A stretch of 56,289 nt of DNA, the filler included, from Catajapyx aquilonaris (Eukaryota), in the NCBI GenBank assembly GCA_000934665.2. It is 4 parts of 4 records of this genome, joined end to end, with 100 filler letters (N's around TTAATTAATTAA, not from the genome) between each part and the next. Parts side by side here need not be neighbours in the genome. Positions count along the whole stretch, not along the records: positions 28,182 to 42,207 come from KZ539749.1; positions 42,308 to 56,289 come from JYFJ02007922.1; 2 more parts are not named here. The stretch is one strand, 5' to 3'. The notes under the pieces are model-generated. The model saw only the letters and a list, made by a program, of their open reading frames with translations, searched no databases and was not told the origin of the DNA. Positions 38,164-48,830 of this stretch are shown here, one piece after another. The position numbers and the translations under genes were made by a program. Each line of letters begins with the position of its first letter. Position 1 is the stretch's first letter.

Positions 38164-39257
38164 CAGGGTGGGGCAAAAGTCATGGGCTGGTTTAACAACG
38201 CAGCATGGGGTAAGTAACGAACTATTATGTTTTAAAAATTACACTACTGTGGCAGTCTGCCTTGCAGTGGCTGCTGCCAACAGAGGGCAGCACTGTGGAT
38301 AGGGTGGGGAGCCACCTGGCGGATGTTGAGGGAAGGTGAAGAGACGAGGCGAGGCAAGGGAACAGGGTGGTTGGGTTGGAGGTGACCTCCTGGTGTCCTG
38401 TGTCTGGGGGGCCGTTGGGCCCCATGCCCTGTGCGTAAGTGTTCTGTGTGTATGATTGTGAGTGTGCAATAAACAGTTTTATACAGGAACTGTGTGACTC
38501 CTTTGTCTGGGGTGAGTGGGAGAAAGGGGTCGGGGCTAGGCCTGGTGTGTGTCTGGGTCTGGTCCCATGTCTCGTGCCCTCTTTAGCCGGGCGGGCACGT
38601 CACACTACACAGAGAAAGATATGCCATTTATGGATCAAGGTCCAAAAAAGTCACTTCTTGAAAACAACACCGGATAGATGTCCACCTTTGCAGGCAACAC
38701 ATATTCCTTCAAATGCCTTCATAACGCGCTCCAGCATGTGCAGGGAAATGTTTCTCACGGAGTGTCTTATCTGATCATTAATATCAGCCAATGACTGAGG
38801 ACGTGTGGCAAACACCGAACATATTAAAAGTCAAGTGTTTCCTGGGAGGGTCATTACAAGATTTGGGGACATAATATTCCTTGGCCATCGCGGTCGCCGG
38901 ATTTGACCACCCCGACTTCTTCTTGTGGGGATGCCTGAAGAGTTTGGTGTTCGCCACACGTCCTCGGTCATTGGCTGATCTTAAGGATCAGATAAGACAA
39001 GCCATGAGAAACATTTCCCTGGACATGCTGGAACGCGTTATGAAGGGTTTCGTCCGGCATTTGGAGGAATATGTGTTGCCCGCAAAGGTGGACATCTATC
39101 CGGTGTTGTTTTCAAGAAGTGACTTTTTTGGACCTTGATCCATAAATGGCATATCTTTCTCGTGTAGTGTAATTTAAAAAAAATATATAATCATTCGTTA
39201 CTTAGGCTATGCCATACTGCATCGTTAAAACCAGCCCATGACTTTTGCCCCACCCTG
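38164..39257 (+). mobile_element. Tc1/mariner-family defective element with ~300-bp inverted arms and a transposase C-terminal remnant
   Basis: TA|CAGGGTGGGGCAAAAGTCATGGGCTGGTTT...AAACCAGCCCATGACTTTTGCCCCACCCTG|TA. The internal WPSRSPDLT/PDFFLWGCLKSLVF...LKDQI motif (frameshifted) lies at ~38880-39070. 38605-38815 is the inverse of ~38945-39166. Confidence 0.92.
38248..38604 (+). mobile_element. Solo LTR (357 bp), probably Gypsy-type, nested in the mariner left arm
   Basis: TGTGGC...GTCACA termini, 4-bp TSD CTAC (38244-38247, 38605-38608), internal AATAAA at ~38468. Removing it restores symmetry with the right arm. Confidence 0.85.
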
Positions 39258-40243
39258 TATAATGGCGCATATTTTTATGAATCATGTACACCGTAACTAA
39301 TATTCAATCTAATTGGAGGTTGCATATTTGTAATAGGGTGAACCAACAGACGTTCCGAAATTTCTCCCATTGTCCTGGTTTTTGTCAAGGGTCGTTCGGG
39401 ATGCACATTTGCCATGGTTATGGCAGCATTAGTGCAGTAAGTACAGTAAGAGTAAATATGATTACTTACCGAGGTGGCTGGTTAGCAAGCGATTGGATCA
39501 TGTATCTGGGGGAGACCTGGGAAGATCCAAACCACCAGAGCATGATTCTCATGGCGGCAAACACTAAGCACTGGTATCTTCATGTTTAAATAAAATAAAT
39601 AGCACGCTTGCAATGGTATTCTATCATCACCACCTCCTCACTCAACATTTTTGAAGTAGGCCTACCCCGAATTTCGGGCTTGGAAATCTGGCCACCTTAG
39701 TATTGGCCATTGTTACATTGTCAATCTTTGCGCAAGCAACTACTAAGACAAAAAAAAACCAGTTTCAGTGTGTAATACATGAATCATAATTAACCAAGTT
39801 TCATTTGCCATTGCCATTGAAATTAAAATTCCGAGGATTATTAGCACTTATTGTGGACATTTGAAAGAAGAATCATCCAGAATGTCAAACTTGGTTAGCA
39901 CAACTCAATAAACAGAGATGAAAAAACAAATTGTCACTTTTTAGTTCGATACGCCTACTATTAGGAACAACCTGCACTAAAAATTGGTCAGTATTCATGA
40001 GCAGACCATGAGTTAAAACTGTCGGAATATTATTTGGAAAACAGAACAACGATCCGACGCCATCAAAGTTCCCATGGAAATACCCTCACAGAACAATACG
40101 AGTAAACAGTGTCCACAAAAAAGCAACAATGGAAGAAACGATGACGTCAGATCGTCGTTTGGTTTTCCGCACTATAGACCTCTCTTGTCACACAATTTCC
40201 GACCCCAGCGTGAGAACATGCACAACCCGCATAATCATCTCAC

Positions 40244-40691
40244 CTGGTTTTGCCTTCCGACGCCTCCATCACTTCCACCAGCTGCCTCCCCCCTGCCTGG
40301 ATCAGGGTCGGCCTCATGCCTGTCCCTGCCCTCTACCTCTGCTGCTGACCCGGGGTCACTTTCCTGATGGCTGCTGTTGCCCTCCTCCCCTGGCTCCTTC
40401 TTGATTTTCAGAGGACCTCTTCCTTTCCAACATTCCTTGACCTTCTCCTCCTCCTCCTTGGTGCACCGGATTGTGACTTTCCACTGGTTCCTCCTCCTCC
40501 TCTGGCTCCACCTTCACCCTGTCCCACTTGGAGTGAGTGAAGCTGTGCGCCAACAGATCAATCTTCCTCTTGAAGACGTTGTTGGGGCACTGGGGACAGC
40601 GGAATCTCCCCAATTTCATCATCTCCATGGCTGATGGGATGATGGGTCTCTCTCTCCTCCAACTCTGCACCTTTGTCTGGATTGAGACCAA
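40244..40691 (-). pseudogene. Upstream exon of the zinc-finger gene (one C2H2 finger, acidic linker; frameshifted)
   Basis: FRCPQCPNNVFKRKIDLLAHSFTH then VKVEPEEEEE. After a 1-nt shift (near 40478) it continues ...IKKEPGEE...GRQNQ to donor CAG|GTGAGA at 40244 in phase 0, compatible with the 37334 acceptor. Confidence 0.6.
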
Positions 40692-41864
40692 TCTGATTCC
40701 CTCTCCTCATGCCCCCCAACCAGGTCCCACAGAATAACGTGCTCACCTTAGGAATCAATGAGGTAGTCGACGCAGGTCCAAGCTTGGGACAGGTTTCTGC
40801 TCCCCTACAACACAGCGCAGCGTGGGCAAGACTCTTCCCCAACTCCCCAAGTGACAATATGTGTCATCCCCTCTGGCAAAGTGGCAAGAAGTGGGAAGGA
40901 AGAAGCGGAAGAAGGAATCTTGGAAGGAACTTTCACTTTTGTGCCCTGACCAGGAGGAAGTAATCCCACGACCCACTCCGCAGGAGCCAGAAAAAGCACG
41001 GCCGCTTGAAGACTGAAGAGTTGCTTTTAGTATGGCTGGTTCAGTACCCTGCATTAATGGCCATGCACAGACATCGCCACCTGTCCAAGAACGAGCGGAA
41101 ATAGACGCCTGTGGGGTGCGTCCAAAATACTTGGGACAGGACAGCTCAAGATATAGCGGTAGATTCAAACTCTTGCTACAAAGGTGGATCACAGCGGATC
41201 ACAGATATATCTGTGGGATGAATTATAAGGCCATTGCGATTCCTATCAATGTATTGAGGTTGTGAACCAGTTATTACACGGACCAAGCGAATGCCTGTTA
41301 ATCCACCGCGATATCTTGAGCCGTCTAGAGCGGACCCGTGAGCAGTCTTGATCATCAAAGTATTTTTGAACACAGCCCACCGGACTCCTACTTCCTCTCA
41401 ATCTGGCCAGGTGGCGATGTCTGTGCATGACCATTAATGCAGGGTACTTTTCACGAGCAATACTACTAGCCGCGCTACTAGCTTTTCTGACGTCAGCTAA
41501 TCCCGCCCCTTTCGTCCCTTCTCAGAACTGTGACGTACTCACGGCCATTCCCTCCCGGATCGTGCTTTTTCTTAGGGAAGAGTTGAATTTTCAAACTTTA
41601 ATTACAAATTCCTGGATGCGGTGAAAAATATGCAGATTTTTTTCCAGATTCCTCGACACACTGTCATTGACATATATAATCCAATCCAACGACATGTACG
41701 AGGAAATATATGTTTTAAACTCGCTTTGCGAGGCGGGGGGGGGGNGGGGGGGGGCTCCGCCCCCCCACACCCCCGCTCGGGGCTGCGCTACAATTGGCGC
41801 GCCTTCGGCGCTACGCGTTCCCGCCCGGGCCTACCCACTTACCCAGCACCGCTAGAGAGCTGGA

Positions 41865-42078
41865 AATAATAACCTGGAGTTCGTCGTCAACGGACGAGTA
41901 ACCAATGAAGCATGACAAATACCAGGATCACCGCTACAGGGCTGGCAACAATATCCTGGAGTATGTCGTCAACGGAGTGACCAGTGAAGCATGACAAATA
42001 CCAGGACCGCCACTTCAGGGCTGGCAACAATAACCTGGAGTATGTCGTCAACGGAGTCACCAATGAAGCATGACAAAC
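41865..42078. repeat. Tandem repeat, ~80-bp unit, ~2.6 copies
   Basis: CCTGGAGT(A)TGTCGTCAACGGA...CAATGAAGCATGACAAA recurs with unit starts at ~41865, 41947 and 42026. Confidence 0.88.
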
Positions 42079-42207
42079 ATCACACCTGCAACAATCAACC
42101 AACCTACCAACCAGCCAATCAACCAACAACAATGAGCGCGCCCCACAAACAACAGTGCAAGTGCAGCCGGCCGCCACACACTTCCTCCGACACTCCGCAA
42201 AAATTGG

Positions 42208-42307
42208 NNNNNNNNNNNNNNNNNNNNNNNNNNNNNNNNNNNNNNNNNNNNTTAATTAATTAANNNNNNNNNNNNNNNNNNNNNNNNNNNNNNNNNNNNN
42301 NNNNNNN
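42208..42307. other. Artificial scaffold spacer
   Basis: 44 N + TTAATTAATTAA + 44 N. Confidence 0.97.
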
Positions 42308-42501
42308 TCCAAGGATAGGGAAGGAAGGAAGCGGCTGTGGCCTATTATACGGAAGCGACCCCGGAATTATCCTAGAAAGACCGTGGAAAACCACAGAAAA
42401 CCACAGAAAACCACGGTCAAGGTTGCCGGCCCCGGGATTCGAACCCAGGACCTCCCGATTAGCAGTCGGACGCCTTATCCACTATGCCAACCTGCTTCGG
42501 T
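42308..42501 (-). mobile_element. SINE family C (reverse copy, 3' end cut by scaffold start)
   Basis: Reverse complement aligns to 33080-33267. Confidence 0.88.
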
Positions 42502-43319
42502 TCTGATCTGATATCTGATATCTGATTCAGGTTGGGAACCGCTGCTCTAACCCAATCCATTCATTTTCTGGAGGCCCGAGTCACATGGCCAGCTGTACGT
42601 GGCACTGTCCCGGTCTCGCAACCCAAGTCAGGTCAAAGTATTCACTACTACTACTGCTCAACAAGGAACATTGCTCTCCAACAACAGAGTCTTTACACAG
42701 AATGTTGTTTATCGCGAGGTTTTATGAAAAAGACTTCTCTCATGTCCGACTCAAGAAGTATAGCCTACAGTATGTCCACTGATTCAATGCCACTTAATTT
42801 TTCAACCCCGTCTTACGACCAGATATACGCTATTTCTTAGTTGTCACTCCGCGAGCCCTCTCATTCCATTATTTTCATTCCCATTGTCCTCATTGCAGGT
42901 TTTGCCAAATTTTGGCTACGGGTGCGCTAGTCCCACATATAATTACACAATCACATAGGTGCGCGAATGAAGTGAATGGAGTGAAGATGAAGAACACTCG
43001 ACATCACTTTGTGGCTAGTTGAATCCGGCCCATCTTTCTCATAATTTCGCATGCCAGACAAGCAAGCGACGCGCATTCTCCAAGAAGCAGGATCAGAAAC
43101 GGAGACAAGAGGAGGTTTCCGCCGAATAATAGTCCGTCTCTCAGCCTCCCACCACTTCGGCTAAGCCACCTTTGCTTCATGGTGACATCGCGATGGTAAT
43201 GCCCAAAGTTTGTGTAGGCCAAAGCGGCTGTGCTAGAGGCTCTGAGATGATGGACCATCTGTTAGCCAGGGCGCTCAACGTCACTGTTCAGGGGACTGTT
43301 TAGGGGAGACGGTGGATGG

Positions 43320-43638
43320 GGTTCGAGTGTAGATGATCCTTCTGGTTGAGCCTTCTGCCGAGAGGATCGCGAGGAGGGGGAAGGTTTTGGAGGCAGCTCT
43401 TTTGGAGTGGGCGGGCGATAAGGGACTTTCTTATAACGTCTCGAAGACAGAGAGCATCTTTTTTCCCCATCATAAGGTGGAGAGGGAACCAGCCATCAAG
43501 TTTCAGAGAGCTCGTGTGGATGAGGTCCTGAAGTCTGTCCGGATACTGGGGATCTACTTTGATCCCCAGTTGTCCTGGAAGTCACATGTATTGAGAGCAG
43601 CGGCTAAGCGGCTAAGGCCACGACGTACTGCACTGTGA
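43320..43638 (+). mobile_element. Non-LTR retrotransposon reverse transcriptase C-terminal/thumb fragment
   Basis: EWAGDKGLSYNVSKTESIFF...VRILGIYFDPQLSWKSHV matches the WxxxxGLxxNxxKT and LGxxxDxxLxWxxH motifs of LINE RTs. Confidence 0.85.
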
Positions 43639-43779
43639 CAATCTGACAAGTGTCCACCGTGAGGCTCATAAAAAAAAGAAACCACAGCGAGACGAACACA
43701 TTTGACAAAAGTTAGCCACATTCAAAAGTATATCATTCAAATACTACGCATATACCAGGGTTTGGAAGATATCTTTTAA

Positions 43780-44890
43780 AAGAGGGCGTCATTCTCTACA
43801 CAAATGATTTTTAAAAACTAAAAAAAAAATGTGTTTTTTTTGAGTTAAAAATGTACCTTTCAGGCATGTTTTCTCATATATGAGCCGCTTAGAGGAATGG
43901 TGGGCTAACCCACAAATTGTCATTTTCGAGTTATCGTAAGTAAAGGATGGAGCCAGTGATCTCCGCATCGGGGAAAAATGGGCTAAACCACACCTGTATA
44001 GTGGCGTCATGGGGTGAGATAAACATCAGTAATCTACAAAAACGTCACCACAGTTCTATTCGGTGGAAGAGTGAGGTATCCCACAAGATGGCCGCCTCAA
44101 ATGGGGACCACGTTGTTTCTGATGATTCAGAAAGCGACTTGGAGAGTTCGGGCAGTGAGTGGACCCCCCCCCCCAAGTGAGACAGAGAACTCTTGTCCTT
44201 CATCCTCAGGTACTGTAACAGTGATATTAGTTTACTAGAACAGGCCATTATCTTCCACACCGGCATATTAGTTGTTGGTGAGGGTTAGCCCAGTCCTCTT
44301 CTCAGCCTCCATTTCTCTTCTACAGAACCCAATGACTTTGAACCCCAATCATTGTGAGAAACTGGCATCAGCAGGCATTAAAACAGTTCATGCTTATTCA
44401 GATGCTTGTGGCGGCCAGAACAGGAACCATAAGATGGCATTGATGTGGATGCATATTGTTAACACCCTAGACATTGAACTGGCTGATCACTTTTTTATGG
44501 TTTCCGGCCATTCTTACTTACCCAACGATCAAGATTTTGGAGTAATTGAAAGAGCAAAACCGAAAACACAGGAGGTGTTTGTACCCCAACACTGGGAAAA
44601 AATAATCACAGCTGCCAAACGGTCACATCCCAAATTTGATGTTGTCAAGATGACATCTGATGATTTCCTTGACATTAAGGGACTCAAGACTCACTGCGTC
44701 ATTCGTAAGGCAAGTACGACTGGGGAACCAGTACAGTGGCTGAATATGAGGCAGTGGCAGATACGGAAAAATTAGCCTTTTTCAAGAGTGTGCTGAACGA
44801 TGACATTCCCTTCTAATGTGTGGACTTTAGTAGCAAGAAGAAAGGCCGCCCGGTGGACTACAAGAGATTGATGCTACCAAAGATCTACAC
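43780..44890 (+). mobile_element. Sola1-like DDE transposon, internally deleted
   Basis: ORF 44272-44775 contains YSDACGGQNRN and GHSYLPNDQDFGVIE, characteristic of Sola transposases. An acidic N-terminus MAASNGDHVVSDDSESD begins at 44088. Boundaries are approximate. Confidence 0.75.
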
Positions 44891-44929
44891 CACGGTCATA
44901 TAAGTAAGGTCTGGCCACTCCCACCCACC

Positions 44930-45578
44930 CCCTGCCGAGGCATTTTGCAGAGGGTGCTCACCTGAGACCGCCATGAGACATTTCGGAGCCAGGATAAGTG
45001 GCGACCCTACCGGACTATAGGCTGAACTTTATAGGTACGAAGGGGAGGGCTACATGCTGGCCCAACATGGGGTGGGGGTGGTGGAGGGAGGGGAACGTCT
45101 CACCCGTGACCATCCTCGACGACTGCGATTGGTTGACGCTCTCCTGTTAGTTTCGATTTCAAGTTCGATTTACCTCCCAGGGCAGATCAATGGTGCCAAT
45201 AGGTGAGCTCAATGAAGATCAATAGGCATAAGCGCTAACAGAAATTGCATTTTTCATCAGTAGCATTAAATTTGTGACGGGTTAACCCTGAGAAATATTC
45301 TCTGTAACACAGACATAAACCATTAAAGTTTTTGCCACGTCACAAAATCTTCCAGACCCGGGGATAGAATTTGACAGCGGACAGGTAGCACTTGTACCCT
45401 GGAGCCTTCCCAATGTAGCCCTTCCCTTTTGTACCTATAAAGTTCAGCGTAGTACGGTAGGGTCGCCACATACCAGTGCTCTGAAATGTCTCATGGCACT
45501 CTCAGGTGAGCACCCCCTGCAAAACGCCCCGGCATGCGGTAAGACCAGAATGTAGTATAAGTGTCCGGGGGCTGGTCC
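44930..45578. mobile_element. Foldback-type element with long imperfect inverted arms
   Basis: Left arm ~44930-45060 pairs with right arm ~45412-45535 (GTGGCGACCCTACCG...CTGAACTTTATAGGTAC / GTACCTATAAAGTTCAG...CGGTAGGGTCGCCAC); same family as 26703-26970. Confidence 0.8.
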
Positions 45579-46249
45579 TAAGTGACGCCTGTGTTTTATT
45601 TATGATCTTTCCAAGGCTAAGTGCATTTGCTCCCTCTTTGTTCTGATGGATGCAGGCCTCAACAAGAGGCTAGTTATCTAATCACAATGGGGATATCAAT
45701 TTTTTATTACTGGTGGTAAAGGAGTCAGCTGGGGTCAGCACCATTGCATTCTGGGAAGAGCATCCTCTGGCTGGACCAGTTGGAGACTCACATACCTAAT
45801 GACCTCTGAGCTCTCTTCCACTGCCTTAAAGCCACGTTATACAGAAACTGAAATAAAGCGAATAAAGCTGTGATGTAACTTTATTAATTCTTGGACACAG
45901 GGTACCTTAGGCAAGGCGGTGAGTGGGAGCTGACGTAAGAGGTTGATTGGAGAATGACCAAGTGCACATGCTTTTAACTAGTTGTCCCTCCTGTACGCAT
46001 CGGACCTTAGGTTATTAGCACCCTTGGTGGCAGCACAAAAGTCATTCAGTTGGTCAATATAATGCATGATTGTCTGCATGACTTGAAGTGGTCTGCATTA
46101 GTTCGTACAAATAAGGTATTATCAGGCCTGTAGTGCTGACCGGATGAATTCTTGCAGAAGGATGGATCATCAGCAGAAAAAGAAAAAACCAGAACTTGCA
46201 GATGACTGGGCTCCAAGGAGCTCCAAGGAGAGGTACAGTATTCAGCAGG

Positions 46250-47390
46250 AAAAAGGATTTAGTACAGGTCACGCATAAGCTTGGCCTCAGCATTTCCTAT
46301 GACAGGCTGCAAACTATCCTAACAAACAAAGCCATAGATGTTTGTGACATTGTATGAGAAAGAGGGTGTTATGTGTCCCCCCTCACTCGTACGTGAAGTA
46401 TTCATCACTGCAGCCGTCGATAACATAGACCATAACACTTCAGCTACAACAGCTAAGGAGTCTTTTCATGGCACTGCTATATCCTTCATATACAGCATTC
46501 ACAATCAGAAGGAGAGGGTAAGTTGTACTAACAGTAAGTCTTATGTTTCAGACGTATATTATTTTGCTTCTCAATAACTCTATACACATTCTCCCCGCCG
46601 GGTGTTTCTCGGGCGCCATGCCAGACCGAGGGAGAGAAGGAGGGTGTCCCAGCTTCCAGCCAGTTACGCAGTAATCCAGCCGTGTTACCTCGACGAGAAA
46701 TCGGCAAAGTGTCCCCGACGTCACTAGTGCAGCAGTCATGGGAAGGCAACGAAATTTACACAACTCTGGAATCGGAAGTCATTACATCCAGTAAGCGCAA
46801 TGACCTGAAGAACTTTAGCCCATGCAACCATGAGGAAGCGGACACCCGACTGTTGTTGCACGTTTCCTATGCAGTTGCTCGTGGGTGTAAATGATAAGAA
46901 CTGTCGATACAGACGTTCTTGTTCTCAGTGTTGCAAGTCGGATTATGGGATCGGATTATGGGAATTGAAGAGCTATGGGTCCACCTGGGAACAAAAAGTA
47001 GTCAGCAATTTGATGCAGCACACTCAATTGCCGCTGCGTTGGGTAAGTATGCTTCGATCCCCGTATAGTGTATAGTAATACGAAGTAAGAAATGCAGCAG
47101 CACTCACAATATTATTCTTGCGCGTCTAAACGCTCCAATTTGGCACCAATAGTCTGTTTTATTTGCTTTTCTTCACAGGTCCATCTAGAGCTGCAACACT
47201 GCCTGTCTTCCACGCATTCACTGGATGCGACACTGTGTCTGCTTTCTGTGGACGCGGGAAGAAGACTGCGTTTGAGGCATGGAATTCTTATCCCCACGCC
47301 ACAGAAGGCTTCCTCGCCCTAGCTTCTGGAGAATATGACCACGCCAAGTTGGATGTCGAAAAATTTGTCATAACCATGTATGACCGAGGA
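46250..47390 (+). mobile_element. Academ-like transposon coding remnants (transposase and XPG-like regions)
   Basis: KLGLSISYDR; CPPSL...FITAAVDNIDHNTSATTAKESFHGTAIS; PCNHEEADTRLLLHV; LPVFHAFTGCDTVSAFCGRGKKTA. Frameshifts and deletions separate the blocks. Confidence 0.8.
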
Positions 47391-48342
47391 GGGTCCATGG
47401 TTGTATGACCATGTCAACAAAACTTGTGGTCCCATCACGTCATTACACCCGTTCATTGTGGAGAATCATATCGTCAACCATAAGCCATGGGTTGGGCAAC
47501 AGTGGATAAACCAACCCATTAGCACCCTGGCGGTGAAGATCAAGACGAAACCCAGGTTGACATCATGCAAAGGGACACCACCCAGGATGGCGTCAACCAG
47601 GAGGAGGAAGCCCAGGGTTTAACGTTGTTCATTTGTTACGCTCTTGTTGATCTGTTATTCTTTTACTGTTCAATTGTTTATGTTGTTCATGTTGGAACCG
47701 TGCTGTATACAAACAATCTGAGAACTATAATAAATGGAGGTGTCCTGAGCCACGGCGAGGTCAGTCAGTCGCCGACCTCTGAAGGGATAACATCTTCCTG
47801 GGAGGCGCTGACCGGGCCGGCCGGAGTTTGGGACCCGATCAGAAAAAGACCACTGTTGTTTGATTTCTTCTTTCCAGAAGCACCAAGTCTAATTAAGACA
47901 GGTGTTATATCCGGGCCAGCAGGCAACTGAGTCGCCCGGATATCCGAACCTAACAGTCTTGAGGAGGAGTAAACACTACAACAATCTAAGAGCTTCCCTC
48001 TCACTAACCCTAGTATTACCTATAGCCACTAGCCAAACCTGGCGTCACACCTATTTAGGTCAAGCTTAATCCGAATATGAAACCGTTGGGAGCTATCTTT
48101 TGCTGTTGAGGCCCTAATACCTGTCCACAGACGGACAGATCCGTTCTATATAAGACTTTTGAGAAAAAGTCTAAAAACATAAAATTGAGATACACAGAGA
48201 ATGGAACACTGATGGAACAAGTAAGGCGACAATTGCCCCTCTTGACAAGGCTATCCCCCCATCACTAAACATTTTTCATGTCCTATACAACCCACAAGGG
48301 TCCGTAAAGGAACCTGCGCACAATGACAATTCCAAGACTAAA

Positions 48343-48830
48343 ATGACCATCATTATGAGCCCGGCCTACGATGGAGCCGGGAGGGAGCTGTTAACGAGGA
48401 GAGTGCCATTTCCGCCTACGGCTGGAATATTTGAGGTGGAACCGGAGATGGTGGGACGAGCCATGGCTTCCCACAGGCAGCAGAGCCGGCATCACCTCTC
48501 CCTGTCAGCACTCATGACGTTGGCCGATCCCAGGATGCCGACGACGGTGGCCGCCAGGATAAGGGGTATTCAGCGGATCATCCCGGCGGTGGTTTCTCTG
48601 TTTTGGGTGAAGGGCCACGCTGGGGTGTCTGGGAATGAGCGAGCGGATGAGGAGGCAAGACTGGCGCCGGACCAGTTAGTAGGCCGGATGTTCCTGCCGG
48701 AATGCAGATCGGCGGTGAACTGGAGGATACAGCAGCACATTTTGGAACTGTGGCAGACTCGCTGGGAAGCAGTTGGCAGGACTTGGAGCCGTGCCTTCCT
48801 GCCAGCGGTGGACATCAGGAGACATGTACC
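48343..48830 (+). mobile_element. RNase H domain fragment of a non-LTR retrotransposon (I/R1/LOA-type)
   Basis: VSLFWVKGHAGVSGNERADEEAR...WQTRWE matches the WVxGHxGxxGNExADxxA motif of LINE RNase H. Confidence 0.85.
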
